A stretch of DNA of 64,000 nucleotides from Treponemataceae bacterium (GCA_963667725.2 CAXXHO010000005.1:224001-288000), one strand, 5' to 3'; shown: positions 30,501-40,201, counted from the first letter of the stretch. A program made the numbers and translations. The notes: generated by a model not told the origin, from the sequence alone.

Positions 30501-30755
30501 ATGGGAGTACTTAAGCTCAATAAGTTTTTCAATGAAATTTTGTTCTATCTGACTTTCGTTGGTCATTATCATATCCTACTCGATAAATGGCGAGAATTAA
30601 ACTGTTTCTAAATAGTACCTGGAACAAAATTTGCACCGCGCTGACGCGAACCTTGTCCAAAACCCAGCGCAGCTCACTTATTCATAGCTTTCCTGCAAAA
30701 ATCCTGCTCCCGTCCTGTTATCGTGTCAAAATTTCTTATCAAATTAGTAGTCAAC

Positions 30756-30786
30756 AAAAAAGGCCGCCCGGGAGCCCGGGCAGCCT
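30756..30786 (-). terminator. Rho-independent terminator of the DUF3798 ABC operon
   Basis: Minus strand AGGCTGCCCGGG-CT-CCCGGGCGGCCT followed by a T-run. Confidence 0.75.
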
Positions 30787-30813
30787 GAAGGAACAAAGCT
30801 TTGTCGAATAACG

Positions 30814-31320
30814 TTATTGCGGGAGCACAGCGTCGGGAGGAACTTCGAGAGCGGTTTCGTCCACGACGGGCGAATCGCCGCCGAACTGGATACTCTGCGG
30901 CGAATCCACGGCGGGAGAGGAATCCTGTTCCTGGAGAACGGTGAAAGGCTTGAGATAGGGCTCGACGCCGGCTATCAGCTTGGGCACCTCGAGAAGCACC
31001 ATGTCCTGGCCGAGCGGCACGCTGAAGGCGGACTCGACGATCTTCCCGTCGGCGAAAATCTCCACCTTGACCCTGTGCTTCTGACCCTGGACGATGGCCT
31101 TGTCCCTGTCCCCCGGGTAGTATTCGAAGGCTTCCTGGTTGTCGATCTGGACCGACATGCCATCGATGGCTAGTATGCTGCCGTCCTCTGAATCCTTGTT
31201 GTCGATCAGGATGGTATGCCGCTTGCCCGTCATAAGCATGATGATGACGACGGCGATGTACACGAGCACGAGAATGGACCGCACGACGAAGGAACGGTTC
31301 CTGAATGAAATCGCTTTCAT
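30814..31320 (-). CDS. Small membrane-anchored accessory protein of the DUF3798 ABC system (DUF6672-like)
   Basis: One N-terminal TM helix, GKRHTILIDNK motif; overlaps the permease stop. Confidence 0.65.
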   Translation of the reverse strand: MKAISFRNRSFVVRSILVLVYIAVVIIMLMTGKRHTILIDNKDSEDGSILAIDGMSVQIDNQEAFEYYPGDRDKAIVQGQKHRVKVEIFADGKIVESAFSVPLGQDMVLLEVPKLIAGVEPYLKPFTVLQEQDSSPAVDSPQSIQFGGDSPVVDETALEVPPDAVLPQ

Positions 31321-32444
31321 GCCTGACCTCCCTCATCCTTGCCTTTTCCGGCCGCCCCGCCCCTTAAGTCCGACCTCGAGTTGAAGATAGCCTTTCTGGA
31401 TTTCCAGGCGTAGAGCACGAGGGAAAGAGCGATGACGCCGTAGCCGATGAACTGGCGGAAATACTCGCCTACCATGGCCGAGCCGAAGAGATTCTGGCCG
31501 GCGAGAGGCGACACGATGAACATCGCGTGGAGAAGAATGACGCCGATGAAGACGTTGGGAATGCTGGCGTGGGTGACCGAGGCCCCACCGACGAGGATGG
31601 CCGCGGCGGCGAAGAAGCTCGTCTGGTCATGGGCGTTGTAGGTGGCCAGGTTGCCCATGTTCTGGAGGAAGATGAGCTGCCCGGCGCAGGCGAGGACGGT
31701 CGATATGATGATCGCCACGATGCGGGTCTTCTCGACGGGAATGCCCGCCGCCTCGGCGACGGTCATGTCCTGGCCGACGGCCCTCATGTCCTGGCCCAGC
31801 TTCGTCTTCTTGAACCAGACGATGAAGACGCAGAGAAGGGCGATGATGATCAGGGTCACGACGGGGACGTCGAAGCCGCCCAGCTTCAGCATGAATATGG
31901 TGTCCAGGGACTGGCGCACCGATTCCAGGTTGAGGGTGTTGCGGATGCCGTAGCCTCGCGAGAGGAGGATGGAGGCGTTCCTCATCGGAATCACCGAGCC
32001 CATCATGTAGAGGACGAAGAACTGGTAGATGCCGTTGATGAAGAAAGCGAGGATGTAGCCGGTGACCATCTCCCGCCCCTTGGCCTTGTTCATCACCTTG
32101 CCGCAGATCCAGCCGAGGAAGACGGCGATAGGGAGGCCGATGAGGAGGGCGAAGACGAGACCCTGCCAGCCGGCGACGCTCCAGTCGACCGCGAAGATAA
32201 GGCCGATTTGGCCGGCCATGGCGCCCAGGGACATAGCGAAGTTGAGCCCCATGCCCGAGTATATCGGCAGGAGGAGGGAAATGACGAGGAAGGAGTTGCG
32301 CCCCAGCCTCGTGATGAGTTCTTGGATGATGTAGGTAAGGGAAAGCCCCGAGGGCGAAATGGCCGCAATCGTTATCACCAGGAAGATGATGACGACGGCA
32401 TACTCGGAGAACATTGTGGCGACGCTTTTTTTCTTTGGGCTCAT
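31317..32444 (-). CDS. ABC transporter permease (CUT2-like)
   Basis: GMGLNF, KLGQDMRAVGQD...AAGI, AAILVGGASV. Confidence 0.88.
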   Translation of the reverse strand: MSPKKKSVATMFSEYAVVIIFLVITIAAISPSGLSLTYIIQELITRLGRNSFLVISLLLPIYSGMGLNFAMSLGAMAGQIGLIFAVDWSVAGWQGLVFALLIGLPIAVFLGWICGKVMNKAKGREMVTGYILAFFINGIYQFFVLYMMGSVIPMRNASILLSRGYGIRNTLNLESVRQSLDTIFMLKLGGFDVPVVTLIIIALLCVFIVWFKKTKLGQDMRAVGQDMTVAEAAGIPVEKTRIVAIIISTVLACAGQLIFLQNMGNLATYNAHDQTSFFAAAAILVGGASVTHASIPNVFIGVILLHAMFIVSPLAGQNLFGSAMVGEYFRQFIGYGVIALSLVLYAWKSRKAIFNSRSDLRGGAAGKGKDEGGQA

Positions 32445-33487
32445 TTGGACACCTTCACCTTGCGCGTGAGCGCGTAGAGGATCATGCCGTTGGAAACGAT
32501 GATTCGAATTACTTCCGACATGTCGGTCTGGAGGATGGAGTTGATGACCGAGGGCGTCATCGTGAGCAAGCCCTGGAAAAGGAAGGTGCCGACGAGAACG
32601 TTGATCATGGATGCTTTGTTTACGCTGGCCCCTCCGATGAGGATGGCCGCCACGGCCGGGAAGACCATGGGGCTGGGGGCGGTGTAGAGCTGGATGAAGC
32701 CGAAGCTCTGCTGGTAGACGATGATGCCGATGGCGCCGAGGAAGGTCGACAGGATGACGGAAGTGGTCCGCATCTTGTCGGCGCTGACGCCCGAGGCTCT
32801 CGCGAAATCGGGGTTCGAGCCGACGGCTGTCATGGCCGTGCCTATCCTCGTCCTCAGGAAGAGCCAGATGCCGCCGGCGCAGGCTCCCACGAAGAGGAGC
32901 AGTCCCGTCGGGAAGACGAAGAATCGCCCTATCCTTATCGCGAGAAAGTCGTTGAGGATTTTAAGCCAGTAGCCTTCCACCGTGATGGTGGTGCGCAGAC
33001 CCTTGCCCGCGTAGCCCCAGACCATGGTCGGGTTGTCGAAGGGAAGCACGAGCCACATGATGCACATCAACATGACGAAGGAAAAGCCGACGTACATGGC
33101 GATGGTCATCTCCTCGCCCTTAACCTTGTTGAGGAGCTTTCCGTAGAAGTATCCGAAGATGACGGAGAAGGGCGTGGCGAAGGCGATGGCGCCGAAGAAT
33201 CCCCAGAAGCCGCGGAGTTCCAGCTGGAGAGAGACGGTCGCGCCGAGGAGGCCGGCCACGATGCCGAGTGCCAGGCCGAAGTTGAGGCCGCAGCCCGACT
33301 GGATCATGGGTACGAGGGCGAGAACGAGAATGGCGTACTGGCCGAAGCGGTTGAGGCAGTCCGACAGGGAGGCGTCGAGACGCACCCCGACGAAGGGAGC
33401 CAGCACGAAAAGCGATACCAGGAATAGGAATATGATGATGCGGGGCCATCCGAAATCCTGGATGAATGTTTTGAGGTTGTTACGCAT
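32441..33487 (-). CDS. ABC transporter permease (CUT2-like)
   Basis: QSGCGLNF, GTAMTAVGSNPDFARASG, AAILIGGASV. Start ATG 33487 overlaps the ATPase end. Confidence 0.88.
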   Translation of the reverse strand: MRNNLKTFIQDFGWPRIIIFLFLVSLFVLAPFVGVRLDASLSDCLNRFGQYAILVLALVPMIQSGCGLNFGLALGIVAGLLGATVSLQLELRGFWGFFGAIAFATPFSVIFGYFYGKLLNKVKGEEMTIAMYVGFSFVMLMCIMWLVLPFDNPTMVWGYAGKGLRTTITVEGYWLKILNDFLAIRIGRFFVFPTGLLLFVGACAGGIWLFLRTRIGTAMTAVGSNPDFARASGVSADKMRTTSVILSTFLGAIGIIVYQQSFGFIQLYTAPSPMVFPAVAAILIGGASVNKASMINVLVGTFLFQGLLTMTPSVINSILQTDMSEVIRIIVSNGMILYALTRKVKVSK

Positions 33488-35117
33488 TCGGTGCCTCCTC
33501 GGCCGCGGAAGCGAGTTTTGTTCTGGAGGGGGAATCGGTGATGCCCGCCATGAGGATGCCGAATTCGGCCACATCGGCGGTGGGCGGCAATATGCCGGCT
33601 ATCCGGCCCTCGTCGATGATGGCGACGCGATCGCATATGGCGCGCAGTTCCTCGAGCTCGCTCGATACCATCACGATGGTGGTGCCGTATTCCTTGTTGT
33701 ATTTCCGCAGGGTGTCGAGCACCAGTTTCTTGGCGCCGACGTCTATGCCGCGCGTGGGTTCGGAGACGAAGAGGAGGTCAGGCTTGAGCGCGAATGCCTT
33801 GGCGAGGCAGATTTTCTGCTGGTTGCCGCCCGACAGTTCCTTCGCCTTCTGGCGGGGCCCCGTGCACTTGATGTCCAGGAGCGAGATGTATTCCTTGCAG
33901 AGAGTCACCATCCCGGCCTCGTCGCGCAGGGTAAAAAGACCGCCCAGGACCGGTTTCAGGTACTGCTTGTGAACCTGCATGGCCGTGAAGGCTATGTTCC
34001 AGTCGAGGCTTTCGTCGAGAAGAAGGCCTACGCCGCGCCTATCCTCGGAAACGAAGGCCATGCCCGCCTTGAGGGCGGCGTTGGGGGAGTTGAGCTCGAT
34101 GGTCTTGTCATGGAGATGAACCGTGCCGCCGGCGGCATAGAGCCCCATCACCCCGTTGGGGATGCCGAGCTTGCCCTGGCCGGCCAGGCCGCCTATGCCG
34201 AAAATCTCGCCCTGCCTGACCTCGAAGGAGACGTCGCGGACGGTTTCGCCGGGCATGTCCACCCAGAGATGCTCGACGGAGAGGATCTTCTCGCCGTAGT
34301 TCTTGTTCTCGTCATGACGGGCGGCGTCGGAGGATACCGAGCGGCCAACCATCCACGAAGCGATGTCCTTGATCGTCACGCCCGCTGCGGGAACGTCCTT
34401 GACGGCGAGGCCGTCGCGCAGGACCACGATCTTGTCCGCCACCTCGACGACTTCCTTGAGCCGGTGGGAGATGAAGATGATGGCGACGCCCTTTTTCGCG
34501 AGCTTCCGCAGCGAATCGAGGAGTATCTCCGCCTCGCTCTCGGTGAGGACGGCCGTAGGCTCGTCCAGAATGAGAAGACGCGATTTCTCGCGGCTGATTT
34601 CGCGCGCAATTTCGGTAAACTGTTTGTGTCCGACCGGCATTTCCGAGATGAGCATGTCGGAGTCGAGCTTGACGCCCAGCTTCTCGATGGCGCTCTCGGC
34701 GCGTTTTTTCATCGCCGGCCTGTCGAGGATGCTCATTCGTTTGCCGAAGGCGTCGTTCAGGATGCTCGGCCTCATCGATTCCCTATTCAGGACGATGTTT
34801 TCGGTGCTGGTAAAGCCCGGTATGAGGCTGAATTCCTGGTGAACCATGCCGAGTCCCGCGTCGAGCGCGTCAAAGGGACTCGCAAAGTGCATTTCCTGAC
34901 CGTCGAGGATGATCTTCCCCTTAAAACCGCCGGTCTCGGCGATGACGGGCATTCCAAAAAGAATACTCATGAGAGTAGTCTTGCCCGCGCCGTTTTCTCC
35001 GACCAAACCGAGGATTTCGCCCTCATGCAGGTCAAAATTTACATCCTGAAGCACTACGTTTCCGTAGAACTCCTTGGAAACATTCTTTAATGATAAAAGA
35101 GGCCCATTCTGTCCCAT
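33480..35117 (-). CDS. Sugar-type ABC transporter ATP-binding protein
   Basis: GENGAGKTT, ILDEPT, LSGGNQQK, SEPTRGIDVG. Confidence 0.93.
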   Translation of the reverse strand: MGQNGPLLSLKNVSKEFYGNVVLQDVNFDLHEGEILGLVGENGAGKTTLMSILFGMPVIAETGGFKGKIILDGQEMHFASPFDALDAGLGMVHQEFSLIPGFTSTENIVLNRESMRPSILNDAFGKRMSILDRPAMKKRAESAIEKLGVKLDSDMLISEMPVGHKQFTEIAREISREKSRLLILDEPTAVLTESEAEILLDSLRKLAKKGVAIIFISHRLKEVVEVADKIVVLRDGLAVKDVPAAGVTIKDIASWMVGRSVSSDAARHDENKNYGEKILSVEHLWVDMPGETVRDVSFEVRQGEIFGIGGLAGQGKLGIPNGVMGLYAAGGTVHLHDKTIELNSPNAALKAGMAFVSEDRRGVGLLLDESLDWNIAFTAMQVHKQYLKPVLGGLFTLRDEAGMVTLCKEYISLLDIKCTGPRQKAKELSGGNQQKICLAKAFALKPDLLFVSEPTRGIDVGAKKLVLDTLRKYNKEYGTTIVMVSSELEELRAICDRVAIIDEGRIAGILPPTADVAEFGILMAGITDSPSRTKLASAAEEAPNA

Positions 35118-35175
35118 AATAGTCCCTAAATGAAAAGATTTCCCTTCCGGGAGAGGGGGATGGCCATTCGTGGTG

Positions 35176-35307
35176 GCGCCCACGTGGGTAATACTCACGT
35201 GGGCGCTTCGACTCCTTAAAGCCGATTCTCGCGCAAACGCCGGACCCAAAAGGGTCCGGCGTTGCAGAAACCGCGCAGCCTGGCGAAGCCCCTTGCGGGG
35301 CTTCGCC
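35176..35307 (-). other. Cluster of three strong intergenic stem-loops
   Basis: Stems at 35176-35206 (about 14 bp with one GU), 35236-35263 (12 bp) and 35282-35307 (11 bp, GCAA loop on the transcribed strand). Confidence 0.7.
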
Positions 35308-35316
35308 CAACGTACG

Positions 35317-36528
35317 CTAGTTCTTCATTTTCACGTTGTAGTATTTCTCGGGAACCTTCTGCTTCGTGGTGGGGAGGAATCCCTTGCCGAACACATAGGT
35401 GTCCATGTAGATGAGGACCTGGTTCTTGGCGCGGACGCCGGTTCCCATGTCGACATAGTACGCGCCGTTCCACTTGGCGCCGGGGGTGTACTTCGCGAGT
35501 GCCTTGAATACGTCGTTCAGGCTGCCTTTCTTGGCCTTGCCTTCGACTACGTTCTTGGCATATTCGCCCAAGCCCGCGGTGAGGCTGTAGCCGTAGGAGA
35601 AGGCCCAGGTGCCGAAGCGGCCTTTGCCGCCCTTGGCCACGACGGCGGCTTCGACTTTCTTCAGGATGGCGGGGAAATCGCCCGCTTCCTTGGAAAGATC
35701 GAGTCCGAGAGCCCCTGGGTAACCCATGAGGGGAGAGGGAAGGTCGGCTTCGACGAAGTAACCGCCATACGCGAAGAGCTGCTTGAGAAGGGGTTCGGTA
35801 TGGGCATCGTTCGTGCAGAAGAACGCGGTGTCCTTGCCGTATTTTTCGATCCACTGGGGAACTTTCTCGAGAATGAACTGCTGGGCGCCGGGAACGCCGA
35901 CGTCGGAGGTCGGGTCCGGGGCGGTTTCGAACGCGAACTTCAGTCCGAGATCGTTGCAGGCCTCTTCCATGATGGCGCGGCGGCGGCCGAGCGACTCATA
36001 GCTCATATGGCGGGCAAAGGAGATATGGACGAAGGTCTTGGCTCCGAGCTGCTTGGCTGCCCAGATGATGGTATAGCCGCGGGACACGAAGTCGGCGGAG
36101 AGGGCCAGGTCGGCCGCGCTCTGGATGACGAGGGGGTCTTCGTGCGGTTCGCCGGCGAGAAGGAGGATGTCCGATCTCTTGGCCTTTACGCGCTTGAAGG
36201 CTTCCGTGGTTCCGGGAATGGCCTGGTTGATGACGATCGCCTTCATGAGGGGATCGTCGGCGAGGGCCACGACGGAAGAGATGAAGGTCTCCTGCTGGGA
36301 CATGAAATCGTCGGGATAGGTGATGTGCTGGACCATGCCGCCGGTTTTTACGGAGCCATATTCTTTGATGAGGGCTTCCGCGCCGCGGAGATCGTCTTCT
36401 GACTGGGATACCGTGCCGGTAACGACGCCGATATGGAATTTAGCCTTGGCCTGTGCGAAAACGTCCGCTCCTGCGAGGATGAAGGTCAGCGCCAACAGAA
36501 TGGCGGTGAACTTCGCGAGCTTTTTCAT
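35317..36528 (-). CDS. DUF3798-family substrate-binding protein
   Basis: Signal peptide; FHIGVVTGTVSQSEDDLRGAE, HISFARHMSYE, APDPTSDVG, FFCTNDAHTEP; GGAGG RBS. Confidence 0.8.
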   Translation of the reverse strand: MKKLAKFTAILLALTFILAGADVFAQAKAKFHIGVVTGTVSQSEDDLRGAEALIKEYGSVKTGGMVQHITYPDDFMSQQETFISSVVALADDPLMKAIVINQAIPGTTEAFKRVKAKRSDILLLAGEPHEDPLVIQSAADLALSADFVSRGYTIIWAAKQLGAKTFVHISFARHMSYESLGRRRAIMEEACNDLGLKFAFETAPDPTSDVGVPGAQQFILEKVPQWIEKYGKDTAFFCTNDAHTEPLLKQLFAYGGYFVEADLPSPLMGYPGALGLDLSKEAGDFPAILKKVEAAVVAKGGKGRFGTWAFSYGYSLTAGLGEYAKNVVEGKAKKGSLNDVFKALAKYTPGAKWNGAYYVDMGTGVRAKNQVLIYMDTYVFGKGFLPTTKQKVPEKYYNVKMKN

Positions 36529-36671
36529 AGGACCTCCTTTTGGAAATCTGCCAAATAGATTGGCCTTATCATTGTACACGGCCGAAAAATCTAGTCAAGA
36601 CAATTCCTGGGCGAATGGAAACGCGTTAAGGGCTTTGCAGGATGAGTCCCTCCGGGTACAATGAATTCACG

Positions 36672-37958
36672 ATGAAGATATCTTTCAGGCGTTTCAGCGA
36701 AGAATTCTACTATTACAGCAGTCAGCTCGTCGTGTTCTTCATTGTCATCATCTTCCTTACTTCGGGCTCCATAGCCATGGGCGTCACTTCATCCATTATC
36801 GTCATGGTGTTCATGATCGCCCAGACCTTCCTGCTCGTAACCCAGGGACACCTCCCCATCCTGCGCTTTCTCTTCTCGCTGATCACGCCCCTCGGATACT
36901 CGATCCTCAAGGCCGCGACGAGCAGCATGGATTTTTTCGAATCCACGAACATTCTGCTCTGGAGCGCCGCCATCTACATCGGATTTTTCCAGGCGATAGC
37001 GTTTTCGCGCAAGAGCGGGCTGCTCAAGCGCGTGGCTGAGGGCGCCCTCTCTTTGGGTTCCGGCGCCATTTTCTTCGCTTTCTACTACTATCTCGACATG
37101 AGGATCAACTTGAAACAGGCTTTCGACGGCGGACAACTGGATCGCGACGCCTATCTGGAGGCGCTCCAGGTCACCCACTTCGCCTCGGGCCTCAAGGCCT
37201 TCGCCGCGTCCCCGCAGCACCTTTTCGCCCTTCTGGGCATCGCCAGTTTCGACATAATGCTTCTCGCGGCGAGGATGCGCGCCATCACCCTGCGCGCCCG
37301 TCTCGATCGTCTGCTCGAGAGCCCTCCCAAACCCGAACAGGCTCCCCTTCTGGCCGAAGAGGGCGCAGGTCCCCCAGTTAAGGTCGTGACGCCCACGAGG
37401 CTTCTCGTCTCCGCCATATCCTCGGACATAGTAGGCTTCACCGCCCTCTCTGAGGTTATGGGAGCCCAGAAATCGGTCGAATTCCTCAACAAGTACTACG
37501 CGCTCTGGACTCATGTGGCGAGCGGCCAGGGCGGCCGCATCATGTCGATCAACGGCGACTCCGTCATCATCCTCTTCGGCCTCGTCGACGAGCAGGTCAA
37601 TCCGGAAAGAGCCCTCTATTCGGCATATGCTTTCATGGACGAGATCCATGGGCTCAGGGAAGACCTGGCAGCCCAGTCCCTGCCCGCCAATCTGAAGGTT
37701 TCGATAGGCGTGCATTCGGGGCTGGTGGTTTCGGCCCTTCTCGGCCCTCCGGGCGATCAGAAGAAGGATGTGTTCGGGGATACGATCGCCGTGGCGGCTC
37801 GCCTGGACTCCCTCTGCAGGGAACTCCATCAGGAATTGCTCGTCAGCCATGCCACCTTCAGGCGTCTCAGCCTGGAGAGCCAGGCCACATTGGACAGGAT
37901 GGGAGAAGTGCTCCTGCGCCAAAGCACGAGGCCCGTGCCCGTATATTCGAGAAAATGA
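36672..37958 (+). CDS. Membrane-bound class III nucleotide cyclase domain protein (non-canonical active site)
   Basis: About six TM helices, SDIVGFTALSE, NGDS, IGVHSG, FGDTIAVAARL. Confidence 0.8.
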   Translation: MKISFRRFSEEFYYYSSQLVVFFIVIIFLTSGSIAMGVTSSIIVMVFMIAQTFLLVTQGHLPILRFLFSLITPLGYSILKAATSSMDFFESTNILLWSAAIYIGFFQAIAFSRKSGLLKRVAEGALSLGSGAIFFAFYYYLDMRINLKQAFDGGQLDRDAYLEALQVTHFASGLKAFAASPQHLFALLGIASFDIMLLAARMRAITLRARLDRLLESPPKPEQAPLLAEEGAGPPVKVVTPTRLLVSAISSDIVGFTALSEVMGAQKSVEFLNKYYALWTHVASGQGGRIMSINGDSVIILFGLVDEQVNPERALYSAYAFMDEIHGLREDLAAQSLPANLKVSIGVHSGLVVSALLGPPGDQKKDVFGDTIAVAARLDSLCRELHQELLVSHATFRRLSLESQATLDRMGEVLLRQSTRPVPVYSRK

Positions 37959-38800
37959 GCGAGAAAAATTCCATGATAAGAAGGATGTTGAAAATGACCG
38001 GAACGCTGAGATCGGCTGTCTCCAGGGTATCGTCGCGCGGGGCTCTTTCGGCCAGGGCTCATCCGGCCGCCGCGCCGTTTTTTTGCGTCGTGACTCTCGT
38101 TCTGTGGGCGATGACGCTCGCGTCCTGCTCCGGACGTCTCGAAACGTCGATCCGCAACGACATGAGCGCCCGCATGGCCCTCCGCCTGGAAGTTCCGGGG
38201 ACTTTAAGCGACAGGGTGCGCCAGATCGGCGGCATTTCGTCCAAGTCCGAGCTTTTCGACGTGGCTGCCCTCAAGGAGGAGTTCTCCGGCAGGAAATCCA
38301 TCTTCCTCGTCGACGTCTCCGCGCCGAGTCCCGATTCCCTCACGTCGGTGATATGGGTTCCCGATACCCAGGTCTTTGTCGACGACAGGAGTCTCGTGCC
38401 GGCGGGCATGATAGCGCTGAAATCCCTCCCCGCCGCCGGAGCCCTGCCCGCGCAACGCGAACTTTCCGTCTCGCTGACGAGGGAGAACGCCGCGGCGGCC
38501 TTTTCGCTTTTTCCCGGCGTGGACGGCAGGCTGCTGGACAGCCTCAGCCCTCCGGCCCTGGAAGAGGATCCCATAACGGCTGAAGAATACAGGATGAATC
38601 TCGAGACGGTGATCATCGGCAAAAAGGCCATGCCGGCTTTCGACGCCTGCGCCCTCGAACTGACGATCACGGCGCCGCGAACCATTCTGTCGTCGTCGGG
38701 CGGCACGGCTCAGGGGCAGATTTTCAAGGTGAAAATACCCTTCTTCGACATTCTGACCCTCGAAAAGCCGATACGCTTCGCCATCAGGTGGGCCGAGTAA
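37955..38800 (+). CDS. Hypothetical protein, probable lipoprotein
   Basis: Hydrophobic segment ending LASC; ATGA overlap with the cyclase. Start uncertain. Confidence 0.6.
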   Translation: MSEKNSMIRRMLKMTGTLRSAVSRVSSRGALSARAHPAAAPFFCVVTLVLWAMTLASCSGRLETSIRNDMSARMALRLEVPGTLSDRVRQIGGISSKSELFDVAALKEEFSGRKSIFLVDVSAPSPDSLTSVIWVPDTQVFVDDRSLVPAGMIALKSLPAAGALPAQRELSVSLTRENAAAAFSLFPGVDGRLLDSLSPPALEEDPITAEEYRMNLETVIIGKKAMPAFDACALELTITAPRTILSSSGGTAQGQIFKVKIPFFDILTLEKPIRFAIRWAE

Positions 38801-38826
38801 GCGGAGCGGGGAAACGCTCTCGTTGA

Positions 38827-38886
38827 TGCTCTGGAAGCGCTTTATTTAGTGCTCTGGAGGCGCTTTATTTAGTGCTCTGGAGGCGC
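38827..38886. repeat. 23-bp tandem repeat, 2.6 copies
   Basis: TGCTCTGGA(A/G)GCGCTTTATTTAG at 38827 and 38850, partial copy at 38873. Confidence 0.9.
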
Positions 38887-38894
38887 GGCCGCGT

Positions 38895-39818
38895 CTAGAT
38901 GAGGGAACGCGCCAGGTGGGTGGGGATCACCGTACCGTCGCGCAGCGCTTCCCTCAGGTTTTCCATGAAATTCCGGGCTTCGACGGCGGGGTACAGGTCC
39001 AGGCGAGGGTCTGACAATAGGCTCGGATAGCCCAAGAAGGGGGCCTCGGAGCCGTTCCATTCTTCCTGGACGGCGGGGGCTCCGGGCTCCCACCCAGCCC
39101 CGCAAGCCGCGAGGACAGTCCCATAATCAGCCAAGGCGCGTCTCATCTCCTCCACAGGGGCCCCGTCCATGTCGACAAGGAAGGGCCGCCGGCCCAGGTG
39201 TTCGGGATAATGCGCGTCGGAGCCGGAGATCGCGCAGAGGCCGCCGGTGAGGAAGGAGGGAGGCGGACCCATGGATTCGACGGCGTCGTAGGGGCCGGGG
39301 GGCAGGAAGCCGAGCTGGCTGTACACGGAGAACATGCCGCGATCGACGTGGGCCGGGATGACGAGGGCAGCGGCGAGGCGCGCCTTCGAGGCGAGGTCGC
39401 CGAAGGGCGCGTCCAGGGCGGCGCCGAGCCAGCGTCCGTGCAGTTCGAGCACGCCCTCGTTCTCATCCACCACAGCCTGATCGCCGAAGGCGCCCGAATC
39501 CCAGGGAATCTCTGGAATCAGGGAATGGAGCTCTGCCCCGAAGGCGAGGGCTTCGCGGGGCGTGGGGAAAAGGGCGAGGATGTGGACTTCCTCGGAGGAG
39601 TTCATCTCCATGCCGAAAAGGGGAATGACGCCTTCCCGCGCGCAGGCGATGGCGAAAGCCCCGCAGTTCATGGACGCGTTGTGGTCGGTGAGCGCCAGGA
39701 TATCGACCCCTCTAGCGCGGGCCGTCCTGGCCATAAGCGTGGGCGACATGGAGAGATTGGCGCAGGGGCTGAGGCAGGAGTGGTTGTGCAGATCGGCGCG
39801 CAGGCGCGTTACGCCCAT
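38895..39818 (-). CDS. PHP-domain metallophosphoesterase
   Basis: DLHNHSCLSPC, LTDHN, EEVH, PAHVDR, SDAH. Confidence 0.88.
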   Translation of the reverse strand: MGVTRLRADLHNHSCLSPCANLSMSPTLMARTARARGVDILALTDHNASMNCGAFAIACAREGVIPLFGMEMNSSEEVHILALFPTPREALAFGAELHSLIPEIPWDSGAFGDQAVVDENEGVLELHGRWLGAALDAPFGDLASKARLAAALVIPAHVDRGMFSVYSQLGFLPPGPYDAVESMGPPPSFLTGGLCAISGSDAHYPEHLGRRPFLVDMDGAPVEEMRRALADYGTVLAACGAGWEPGAPAVQEEWNGSEAPFLGYPSLLSDPRLDLYPAVEARNFMENLREALRDGTVIPTHLARSLI

Positions 39819-39831
39819 CAGAATCCGCGCT

Positions 39832-40164
39832 TCAGCCGCGAAGGGCTTTCCAAAGCCTGCCCGACACTTCGTACTGGGTGAGTTCGCTGCGCATGAGGGC
39901 TATCCCTTCGTCCCTGGCCGCCTCGATCATGTCTTCCGGCATGGGCCGGCCGTTGCAGATAATTATGGCGGGAGCGCCGACGAGTCCGGCCACCGCCACG
40001 GTATTCTTGTGGGCCTGGATGGTGATGAGGACTTCCTGGGCCTTGGCGTGGGCCATGACATCGGACAGAAGATCGGAGGTATAGCCGCCTTCTACGTCGC
40101 TCTCCTCGTAGACCCCCTGCACGATCTCCGCGTCCACGAGAACCGAAATATCCTTGATGCGCAT
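39832..40164 (-). CDS. Stand-alone DRTGG-domain protein
   Basis: GGYTSDLLSDVM, ITIQAH.NTVAVA. Confidence 0.82.
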   Translation of the reverse strand: MRIKDISVLVDAEIVQGVYEESDVEGGYTSDLLSDVMAHAKAQEVLITIQAHKNTVAVAGLVGAPAIIICNGRPMPEDMIEAARDEGIALMRSELTQYEVSGRLWKALRG

Positions 40165-40201
40165 GACCCCTCCATTTTATTCATTTTTTGTTCAGTTTCG
40201 T

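Larger units (their letters stand above)
12334..30755. mobile_element. AT-rich accessory island (catabolic operon, 3 IS elements, decayed type I RM/PrrC locus); boundaries approximate
   Basis: Abrupt visible drop in GC and codon bias right after the dctQ stop, returning to high GC at the terminator near 30756. Contains IS elements and pseudogenes. Confidence 0.75.

Noticed and set aside
30587..30811. 74-aa ORF at the island edge
   Set aside because: Runs through the terminator, with no RBS or motif; likely spurious.
38827..38886. CRISPR array
   Set aside because: Repeats are contiguous with no spacers, and there are no cas genes.
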